A stretch of 24,963 nucleotides of DNA from a virus (Duplodnaviria; Caudoviricetes): positions 1 to 24,963 of IMG/VR virus record IMGVR_UViG_3300006127_000089; one strand, 5' to 3'. The position numbers were made by a program, and so were the translations under genes. The stretch's first letter is position 1; every line of letters begins with the position of its first letter. Positions 8,681-15,868 of the stretch are shown here, in pieces. The notes beneath the pieces are model-generated. The model saw only the letters and a list, made by a program, of their open reading frames with translations, was not told the origin of the DNA and did no database searches.

Positions 8681-8720
8681 AACAAAAAAGCGCATACACT
8701 TGATACAGTATATACGCTTT
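8681..8720 (-). terminator. Intrinsic terminator after the 690-aa gene
   Basis: Minus-strand RNA AAAGCGUAUAUACU-guauca-AGUGUAUGCGCUUU forms a 14-bp stem with 2 G-U pairs and runs into UUUUUUGUU. Confidence 0.75.
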
Positions 8721-8735
8721 ATTTGAAAGCGTCAA
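8707..8735 (-). promoter_or_regulatory. Sigma70-like promoter for the gp32 operon
   Basis: Minus strand TTGACG (8735-8730), 17-nt spacer, TATACT (8712-8707): 5/6 and 5/6 matches to consensus at optimal spacing. Confidence 0.75.
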
Positions 8736-8738
8736 TGA

Positions 8739-8744
8739 TATTTA
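8739..8744 (-). promoter_or_regulatory. TAAATA late-promoter-like motif upstream of gp32
   Basis: CATAAATA on the minus strand, close to the T4 late consensus TATAAATA, sitting in the loop of a GCGTCA/TGACGC inverted repeat. Confidence 0.55.
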
Positions 8745-8764
8745 TGACGCGGTTGTTCAGAATG

Positions 8765-10837
8765 CTATTTTCTAAGTCCCGAAAGTTCTTTGAGTCTATC
8801 CAAGAAGCTCAAGTCCTTGGCCACCGGTTTCATTTTGCCCGAATGTCCGTACTGTCCTTTAAGTGGGGAAGTATCGCACTCGTCTGTTTCTTGGGTGTCG
8901 TCTGGGCTGATAGCATCACCAATGGCGTTGCCCAAAGTTGCACCTCTTACAGCTCCAACCGGTCCACCCAATGCCGCACCAGCAATGCCACCCAATGCCG
9001 CACCAACTACACCTTCTTCCATGTCGGCATGATCATACTCAGGAGCAGGACGTTCTTCGGCTGGTACACCGGCACTTTTTAATATGCCACTTAGTGGATC
9101 TTCATACTCAGGATAAGCAGGCTCGGTAGAATTGTATGGATCCTCAGTTTGAGTCATGGGATCTTTGAATTCTTCCATGTAGTCGCCTACACTTTCGCGC
9201 TCAACGCCCATGTCTTCATCAGGATTTCCACCAATGATACCACCGCCGCGTAGGTGGCTTTCAAGATTCTGTGCTACCCATTCGCGTGGATCGCCATCAC
9301 GGGCTTTTTGTACTCCGTATGGTATTTCACCACAGTCACAGTAGTAGTCAAACAATGCATCATATAGATGCTCGTCCAGGTCGCCGCCCTGTTCAAATTT
9401 ACGAACTTCGTGCTTGAATCTATCCAGGATATGTTCCAAGGCTTCTTTGTTTTCGTCTAACATGCGACTTTCTTGCAGTCCGGTTAGACTGTTAACCTTG
9501 CCTTGTACACCACCAGATGGCTCGTTGCCAACTGTGGTGTCGGCATATTCAGCATCGGTAGCTTCATCTGGATTCATTTCAGCTGCAGGATCAATCTGTA
9601 ACTGTTCAATTACCGAACGCACATCTGGATTGTCGCTCAACATCTGCATGCGATCATAGATGACCTGGCGGGCATCTGCGTTTGCATCTTGTTCTGCCAA
9701 GGCTTCTAACTGATCAAACAGTTCATCGTCGCCCAGGAGATCATATAACTGCTCAGTGGCATTGGTGGCATCGGCTCCTACTGGTAAGTCCTTGCTTAGT
9801 AGTTCTACCAGTTGCGCTTGTTTTTCTGGAGTGTCTGGTGTTTGCCAGGTTCCTTCTGCTAGGCGTTCTACCCATGCTTCAAATATGTTGGCTTCTTTCA
9901 TGTCGGTTCCTTGTTGTTGTATACGAGCCAACAGCGGAAGTGCCGACTCAATCCTGGTGTCAATCGTTTGTTTCACAAACAGATTTTTTAAACTTTCAAT
10001 TACTACTTCTTCGTCAGTGATGTCTGCAGGACTCCAGGATTCAAAATAAGATTTGTAACCACGTGCTGTACTGAGACTCTTCAAACGACCTTGCAGACTT
10101 TCATAATAGGTATTGGTTTGTTCTACCAGAGTAGCTGCATCACCTTCAAATAGTTGTCCTGCGTTGGCTCTACGGAAACGAGCCAGCACATTTATTTCTT
10201 CTACCATGGTCACAATGTGTTGACCGCGGGTGTCGTAGGGCTTGCCCCCGGACTTGACATGTTCCAACATGGCACGACCACCGGCTAATTTTTTAAATGG
10301 TAACTTGTAACGCTCGCCCTCGGCTGTTTCGATAAACAGGCTTTCAATGTAGCGATGACGAGCTTCGCCTTCGCCTATGTTCTTGTGATGGCGGATCATG
10401 AGTCTGGCTTGGGTAGCTTCGCCCATCCAGCTGGTGGTTCTATTGCCTGACCATGATTCAAACAGGCCTTCGCGTATGGCAGCCTGGCCCTGCATGCTGT
10501 AACGCAAGCGATTCAAATTACGGATACCAAAGCTGAGAAAGTTGCGTGTGGCAAAATTTTTAAGTTGTTCTAAGAATCCAAACCAATCGCTCTTGTCTTG
10601 GCCTTCCATGCTACGACCCACGTTGTCAGTACAGTATACTTCTAGCTCACCTTCATCGGTCAACATGATCACTACTGTTCCATAGTCCTTGCCTGATTCG
10701 GCACGGAAATCCATGCTGAATATTTCAGCGTCTTCCGGACTGGGTGCAGGTTTGCCTGAACTGTCCAGCATTTCTGGATCAAAATCTCTACTTACTAAGA
10801 GATCGAAAAGTTTAAAAGCAGGTGTTTGTTGAGCCAT
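8765..10837 (-). CDS. 690-aa acidic protein, probable virion/internal head protein with modular C-terminus
   Basis: Long ORF directly after the terminase, preceded by TAAATA. Several hydrophobic-x-E sites (GLFES, NIFEA, RLAEG, GLQES, DMEEG) and a glycine-zipper segment near the C-terminus. The function is inferred. Confidence 0.6.
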   Translation of the reverse strand: MAQQTPAFKLFDLLVSRDFDPEMLDSSGKPAPSPEDAEIFSMDFRAESGKDYGTVVIMLTDEGELEVYCTDNVGRSMEGQDKSDWFGFLEQLKNFATRNFLSFGIRNLNRLRYSMQGQAAIREGLFESWSGNRTTSWMGEATQARLMIRHHKNIGEGEARHRYIESLFIETAEGERYKLPFKKLAGGRAMLEHVKSGGKPYDTRGQHIVTMVEEINVLARFRRANAGQLFEGDAATLVEQTNTYYESLQGRLKSLSTARGYKSYFESWSPADITDEEVVIESLKNLFVKQTIDTRIESALPLLARIQQQGTDMKEANIFEAWVERLAEGTWQTPDTPEKQAQLVELLSKDLPVGADATNATEQLYDLLGDDELFDQLEALAEQDANADARQVIYDRMQMLSDNPDVRSVIEQLQIDPAAEMNPDEATDAEYADTTVGNEPSGGVQGKVNSLTGLQESRMLDENKEALEHILDRFKHEVRKFEQGGDLDEHLYDALFDYYCDCGEIPYGVQKARDGDPREWVAQNLESHLRGGGIIGGNPDEDMGVERESVGDYMEEFKDPMTQTEDPYNSTEPAYPEYEDPLSGILKSAGVPAEERPAPEYDHADMEEGVVGAALGGIAGAALGGPVGAVRGATLGNAIGDAISPDDTQETDECDTSPLKGQYGHSGKMKPVAKDLSFLDRLKELSGLRK
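8964..9005. repeat. 18-bp exact direct repeat (24-bp period) encoding GAALGG twice
   Basis: ccacccaatgccgcacca at 8964-8981 and 8988-9005. Confidence 0.85.
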
Positions 10838-10844
10838 GGTCTAG

Positions 10845-10850
10845 TATTTA
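10845..10850 (-). promoter_or_regulatory. TAAATA late-promoter-like motif
   Basis: Overlaps the terminase TAA stop; 7 nt before the ATG of the 690-aa gene. Confidence 0.55.
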
Positions 10851-12413
10851 GCGTCTTACACTGATGAATGGCATGGGAGATACAATGATATCTCCATGAT
10901 CACGCAGATGTGTATCTATTGAAGTATCATAGGTCTGTAGCAGTTGCAACATGCGTACTGCCAGCAATGCGGCCATGACTAGATCGTCGGTTTCGCCTGG
11001 CTTGGCCGCATAGCTAACTCCGTGAGCCACAAATGTTTTGAGCTCACTTACCAGGCTAGCACTACGGATCTTCATCTTGCCTGATTCTATCAAGGTTTTA
11101 AACTTGTTGCAGGCGGCCAGTTTGGGCTTGTTTGAAGTGTTGAATCCCTTGCGATATCTGCGTCCACCTCCACCATTGGGTTCGCTGAGGAAATAGCCGC
11201 GTATGTTTTCTTCACCATATTCAGCTATGCTGATCAAGGCAGCTTCGCCAATGGTGTTGTTTTCTATGCTGAAGTAGATGTTTTGTGGATCCTTGACTGT
11301 TTCGTGTATATGAGCACAAATATCGGCCAAGATACGGATCTGTTCCGGAATCGGCGTGCGATTATGACGCCACTCGCCTATCTGTTCGGTAGTGTTGGCT
11401 TCAAATATCTGTATCGCAGCCGGGTCTCCACCTGTGCCCAGGCTAGGGTCCAGAGCCACCACATAGGTACGTCCTTCTTTAGGACGTTGATACCAGCGTA
11501 CCTGACCGGTCTTGTACAGGGGTTCGTGTCCACGCAGATCCAACAACTTGGCCGGTGCTATCAAGGTTTCGTCATTGATGATGAATTCGCAACCCATCTC
11601 TCGACGGAAACGATCCTCGCCCAGCTGTGCCCGTTGTGCTACTGCCCAGGCCTCATCACGATCCGGATGTTCATTCCAGTATGATCTATATGCCTTAAAT
11701 CCATTGATGCCTACTTCGGTAGGATTGCCAAACTCATCTTCGCACCGGTTGGCACCTTTCCATAGTAAGGCAAACTGATCTTCGTCTGAGTTTGGGGTTG
11801 AAGTGATGATGGCTTTACCACCAGTGGCCAAGGTAGGACTTATGGACGTCCAGAATTCCTTGGCTATGCCGGGTCGAACAAATGCGAACTCATCCGCATA
11901 TAGTAGTGATATACTCATACCCCGTCCGGTGTTTTCAGTTGTTGTTGCTGATACAATACGACTGCCATTCTCAAAGTCCAGGTTGCCTTTGTTGTAGCTG
12001 GTTACTCCGGCTCGGATATGGTCTGGACACAGTTCATAGGCATAGCGTATACGTTGCATGATCTCCTGTGAGCCTGTGTACTTGTGTGCGGCTATCAGGA
12101 TAGTGGAATCTGGTACAAACATGGCATACCACAAGAGATATCCAGCGGCACTGGTACTCTTGCCAGTCTGTCGTGGCATCATAGATATGCTGAAACGATT
12201 TTGATGATAGGTATCAATCAAGCGTTTTTGATATTCAAACGGATGATACAACATTTTTCCTCGGGTTGGATGTTGTATATGGAAAAAATTGTTCATGAAG
12301 TACTGTGGACCGGTGACTGGATCTGCGCATTTGACAAACTCAGCCAACTGCTCCTCGGTCCAGAGCTGTCGCTTGTAAGGGGTCTTGACTAGATTGGCTT
12401 CGTCTTTGCTCAC
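10848..12413 (-). CDS. 17: Terminase large subunit (T4 gp17-like)
   Basis: Walker A MPRQTGKS, Walker B LLYADEFAF, TSTPN coupling motif, nuclease motifs VALDPSLG, ENNTIG and DDLVMA. GTG start overlaps the rSAM-E stop (GTGA). Confidence 0.95.
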   Translation of the reverse strand: MSKDEANLVKTPYKRQLWTEEQLAEFVKCADPVTGPQYFMNNFFHIQHPTRGKMLYHPFEYQKRLIDTYHQNRFSISMMPRQTGKSTSAAGYLLWYAMFVPDSTILIAAHKYTGSQEIMQRIRYAYELCPDHIRAGVTSYNKGNLDFENGSRIVSATTTENTGRGMSISLLYADEFAFVRPGIAKEFWTSISPTLATGGKAIITSTPNSDEDQFALLWKGANRCEDEFGNPTEVGINGFKAYRSYWNEHPDRDEAWAVAQRAQLGEDRFRREMGCEFIINDETLIAPAKLLDLRGHEPLYKTGQVRWYQRPKEGRTYVVALDPSLGTGGDPAAIQIFEANTTEQIGEWRHNRTPIPEQIRILADICAHIHETVKDPQNIYFSIENNTIGEAALISIAEYGEENIRGYFLSEPNGGGGRRYRKGFNTSNKPKLAACNKFKTLIESGKMKIRSASLVSELKTFVAHGVSYAAKPGETDDLVMAALLAVRMLQLLQTYDTSIDTHLRDHGDIIVSPMPFISVRR

Positions 12414-13546
12414 AACAGGTCTCCAAATTCAGGCCATAATCGTGCGAACTCGCCCTGCTTGTCGGGATGATATTGTTCCATCCGCTCAACAAATTTCTTA
12501 AGTTTAGTCAACTGTTCAGTCGACGGTGATGTCGCGGTCTGATACTGTGAACGAGCATGTTCAAACAAAGATCGTTCGACTTCGTTAACTTCACAAGCAG
12601 CAAACAACCGATCAATTTCCTGTGTGGCTAATGACGCTATTTCAGATCCATAAGTTCTGATATCCAGCTCCACTGGCCAATTTAGATCCTGCCAGACAAT
12701 ACTCAATCCGCGAGACTGTGCAAACTTTTTAAACTCTACCAGACGTGTGGCATTGTACAAATTGTAGACTGCATGTATACCACCCCAGTGTCCGTTGTTT
12801 TGTATTAGTTCCTGTACTAGATCAAGATTGTGCAAGATCCTGTTCCAGTCAGCCCCGTAACGAACATATTCAAAGCGCGATTCAATGTTGTCAAAACTGA
12901 TACTCCACCCTACCTTGCGACGTGTTTTTAATTTTTGGAAGATTTCGCTGTGCTCTAAATCTGCACTGAGATTGGTGATAACTGTGACCACTGCATCAGG
13001 CGGTATCACATCCAACAGGCGAGCATTTTCTTTCAATAGAAATGGTTCGCCTCCGACCAAGGCCACCTCTTTAACTTGGTCATAGTGCTGAGCAATAAAT
13101 TCACAAACATCTTCATAGTAGTGGCGGGTATTGATATCAATGTGTTGTCCTAGCAGGTTCGCCCACTTTGAACTTTGTTTAGCATTGCAATAGTTACAGC
13201 TCTGATTACAAGTGGTGTTCCAACGTACATCGATCAAGGCTGGATAGTGATATTCTGAACCGGCTGTGATATAATCAAAATCTTTGTTGATAGAGTTGTG
13301 CCAGCGACGTTCACTGTCACCGTTGTTGCGTTCTCTGTTGACACAATTACCACAGTATTCGTGGGCTACACCTGCCTGTATGGAAGCACGTATTTCCTTC
13401 AGTTTATCACCGTTAAGTATCTCTACTATAGTGTGTTCGTTGAGATTGCCCAGCATGTTGGGATTACCAGCACAACAGGTCTTGACATTACCACGAGGAT
13501 TGATGTGCAGTCCCCGCCAAGGGGCTGCACAATAGAAATTGCTCAT
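12410..13546 (-). CDS. Radical SAM protein with N-terminal Twitch-like Cys module (rSAM-E)
   Basis: CNQSCNYC, VGGEP, ITN, SFDN..FEYVRYG..W; N-terminal YCAAPW / TCCAG / YCGNCV. Confidence 0.9.
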   Translation of the reverse strand: MSNFYCAAPWRGLHINPRGNVKTCCAGNPNMLGNLNEHTIVEILNGDKLKEIRASIQAGVAHEYCGNCVNRERNNGDSERRWHNSINKDFDYITAGSEYHYPALIDVRWNTTCNQSCNYCNAKQSSKWANLLGQHIDINTRHYYEDVCEFIAQHYDQVKEVALVGGEPFLLKENARLLDVIPPDAVVTVITNLSADLEHSEIFQKLKTRRKVGWSISFDNIESRFEYVRYGADWNRILHNLDLVQELIQNNGHWGGIHAVYNLYNATRLVEFKKFAQSRGLSIVWQDLNWPVELDIRTYGSEIASLATQEIDRLFAACEVNEVERSLFEHARSQYQTATSPSTEQLTKLKKFVERMEQYHPDKQGEFARLWPEFGDLL

Positions 13547-13550
13547 AGTG

Positions 13551-13748
13551 TTATTTACTGTAGGGATTTTCGCCGGTCAAATAAGGTCTGGCGAACCACA
13601 GTTTTACCCAGGCCTTGCTGCCAGGTTCAATATGATGACGTCGTTGGTACTGTTGTACGTGATCGCCGGTCTTGCTTATGTTGGAACCCTCCAAGGGTTT
13701 GAGCTTGGAGGGTCCGTATACACCTTTACCAAATTCGGTAAAGCGCAT
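13551..13748 (-). CDS. Small hypothetical protein (65 aa), N-terminus MRFTEF
   Basis: Fills the gap between the nuclease and rSAM-E exactly (1 nt and 4 nt spacing); aromatic motif HHIEPGSKAWVKLWFARPYLTGE. Confidence 0.65.
   Translation of the reverse strand: MRFTEFGKGVYGPSKLKPLEGSNISKTGDHVQQYQRRHHIEPGSKAWVKLWFARPYLTGENPYSK
13552..13557 (-). promoter_or_regulatory. TAAATA late-promoter-like motif
   Basis: Overlaps the last codons and stop of the 65-aa ORF; 5 nt before the rSAM-E ATG. Confidence 0.5.
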
Positions 13749-13749
13749 T

Positions 13750-14574
13750 TTAGTCTACATCAGCATTGGCACCACACAACTTGCGCTTGGCATTTGTGAG
13801 AGCACCAAAGTCTACCGGCCATTCTTTGCCGGGAGCCAATTCAGTTGCGTTGGCTGGCATGGCAAATTTGACACCAGCCTGTTGTTCAATCTGTGCGATT
13901 GGTAAACGGAACTTGGTCAAGTCGTTGCCAAGGTTTGGATATGGAGCCACATGTGGAAATAACCAACCAGCTATCTGTCCTGTGTTGTCATCTATAACGA
14001 TTTTGTAGAAAGCGTGTGGAACTACTACACCCTTGCCAATGGTCTTGTCTTGTGCGTTGTACAAGCCACCTGACACTATGGTGAAGTTGTGACCACCTTG
14101 TGCGGCCCAACCACGAACTGATGTTTCTAACAACTTCCAGATGCCACGGTTTAGGCTACCTGCTTGTGGGCTCATGTTGGTCATCAAGAAACTTTCAAAT
14201 TCTACTTGTTGATCCCATGACTGGTCTCCGTCAGGAGCCATGTGTCCTTTGTCGTATCCGGTGCCAGCATAGTCAGCTGGTGTAGCACCACCCTGGATGC
14301 TTTGATCTGGGGCAAATGCGTTAGAGCGTGCCACACAACCTAAGGCGTGGCCTGGGGTCAGTGTCCACATGACAAAGCGTGGCAGTTTTGCTGGAGCATC
14401 ATAGCCTACCAGGTATGCTTCTCTGCAGATAGGCTGAATAGAGCCCTGCACCTGTGGCAAGCCAAATGGTGCATGTACTTGGCATGCAGCCACTGGATTT
14501 GGTGCTCGTTGTGTCCAAGCAAATACCGATGTTGCGGCAAGGGCGATTGCAAGCCCAACTAATAATTTTTTCAT
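13750..14574 (-). CDS. DNA/RNA non-specific endonuclease (Serratia NucA/EndA-type His-Me finger) with Sec signal peptide
   Basis: YDKGHMAP (DRGH-type active site), ESFLMTNMSPQ...LNRGIWKLLE, VPHAFYKIV. N-terminus MKK plus hydrophobic core plus VFA cleavage site; AAGGAA ribosome-binding site. Confidence 0.9.
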   Translation of the reverse strand: MKKLLVGLAIALAATSVFAWTQRAPNPVAACQVHAPFGLPQVQGSIQPICREAYLVGYDAPAKLPRFVMWTLTPGHALGCVARSNAFAPDQSIQGGATPADYAGTGYDKGHMAPDGDQSWDQQVEFESFLMTNMSPQAGSLNRGIWKLLETSVRGWAAQGGHNFTIVSGGLYNAQDKTIGKGVVVPHAFYKIVIDDNTGQIAGWLFPHVAPYPNLGNDLTKFRLPIAQIEQQAGVKFAMPANATELAPGKEWPVDFGALTNAKRKLCGANADVD

Positions 14575-14611
14575 TTGAGTTCCTTTGTTATGATGTACTG
14601 CTGTTTATTAC

Positions 14612-15010
14612 TTATCTAGGATAGCCTTTAAATCCTGTTACAGGACTGCGTTTGACCACGTCCGGCATTTCTTCGCTGGCCATAGTGGCCACTTGTACAG
14701 CATCATGGCCGCTCATGCCCATGGCCTGTAGTGCATCGCGAATGTATTCACCTGTGTGTGGATCGTAGCTGACTACAAATTCATTTTCTCCAAATACCGT
14801 ATCCTGTTCAAAGGGCGGAACACCATCTTCGCGACGTTGTTTGGCGCCTTTGGCACCGGCTATGGCCACACCAAAGCGATACTGTAGATACGGGTCTTGA
14901 TTTTTAAGTGCTGGTATTTTCCAAGCACCTGGCAAGGCTAGGGCAATGTCCTGCTGTAAACTACCGGTGCGGCCCATGGCCACTTCTGTAATAAATTCTC
15001 GGGCTCTCAT
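14612..15010 (-). CDS. Hypothetical protein, paralogue 1 of a tandem pair; probable internal head protein
   Basis: Begins MRAREFITE and ends SPVTGFKGYPR; ATGA overlap with paralogue 2. Confidence 0.7.
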   Translation of the reverse strand: MRAREFITEVAMGRTGSLQQDIALALPGAWKIPALKNQDPYLQYRFGVAIAGAKGAKQRREDGVPPFEQDTVFGENEFVVSYDPHTGEYIRDALQAMGMSGHDAVQVATMASEEMPDVVKRSPVTGFKGYPR

Positions 15011-15381
15011 CTGGGATAGCCTTTGAATCCTTTTACTGGGCTGGTTTTGTTTGTGGTCACCGGTTCGGTTGATTCTTGACTACTGATCATAGTGCCAGTT
15101 TCGCCCATGGCTCGAGCAGTAGCATCCAAGATTTCGGCATCGGCTTGACTGTAGGCCATGGTAGACATTTTTTGTCCGATGGGTCCAGTTTTAGACAAAG
15201 TGTCGGTAGCGTCAAACTCGTCTTTTTTAGGTTGTCCAGCAACAGCAACAATAAAACGCCACATGGCGTAGGGATTTGAGTTGTCTAGACCGTCATAGCG
15301 TTTCATACCAGGCATGGGACCCAGCTGATCATCATGAAACTTTGAGTGTGCGTCTTCGGCTACAAACTCTCTAGCACGCAT
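15007..15381 (-). CDS. Hypothetical protein, paralogue 2 of a tandem pair; probable internal head protein
   Basis: Begins MRAREFVAE and ends SPVKGFKGYPR; shares L.N..PY...RF.VA.AG with paralogue 1. Confidence 0.7.
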   Translation of the reverse strand: MRAREFVAEDAHSKFHDDQLGPMPGMKRYDGLDNSNPYAMWRFIVAVAGQPKKDEFDATDTLSKTGPIGQKMSTMAYSQADAEILDATARAMGETGTMISSQESTEPVTTNKTSPVKGFKGYPR

Positions 15382-15383
15382 GA

Positions 15384-15863
15384 TCAGAATCCTGCGGTAG
15401 CTGAACTCGCTGTACCAATTTCTCTTGCAGTAAATCCTGAACCTGTAATGGTCAACTTGTTGCCAGCTCCAACATAAATCTGTTGACGACTGTTCGCGGT
15501 TACCTGGACAGCACTACTGTATAAATTGCCTGGATTACCTGTGGTCAAGGTATATGATCCAGACGCACTAGATGAAGCGTTAGCGCTCATGACTAGACTT
15601 TGACCGTTGACTGCACTGACCACCGTTGTGGTATTGGCCACGCCAGGCCCTGTTACGAATGTAGCGCCTACTAAGTTTTGTGCTGCCTGTGGAGTTAACA
15701 TGACATTACTGGCATTGGTTACGCCGCCTGCAATACCTACAGTAGGATTTCCAGCCTGCATGACATACACATTGTAACTGATAGGAGTTTCTGTAACTAT
15801 TTCGCACTTGTCGGTATACCATACTGCATTTGATACTGATGTGTAGACGTTGGATTGACTCAT
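15384..15863 (-). CDS. Hypothetical Ser/Thr/Gly-rich beta-type protein, probably structural
   Basis: Tightly packed ORF in the late cluster with composition like phage surface proteins. No family recognised. Confidence 0.6.
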   Translation of the reverse strand: MSQSNVYTSVSNAVWYTDKCEIVTETPISYNVYVMQAGNPTVGIAGGVTNASNVMLTPQAAQNLVGATFVTGPGVANTTTVVSAVNGQSLVMSANASSSASGSYTLTTGNPGNLYSSAVQVTANSRQQIYVGAGNKLTITGSGFTAREIGTASSATAGF

Positions 15864-15868
15864 TGTGA

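Noticed and set aside
10848-12413. Intein or intron in the terminase (also checked uvsX)
   Set aside because: Lengths are normal and the motifs are contiguous; no LAGLIDADG or splicing motifs seen.
1-13546. Radical SAMs as QueE (7-deazaguanine DNA modification) or NrdG activase
   Set aside because: They are too long, carry an extra N-terminal Cys module, and no queC/queD/folE/dpdA or nrdD gene is present in the window.
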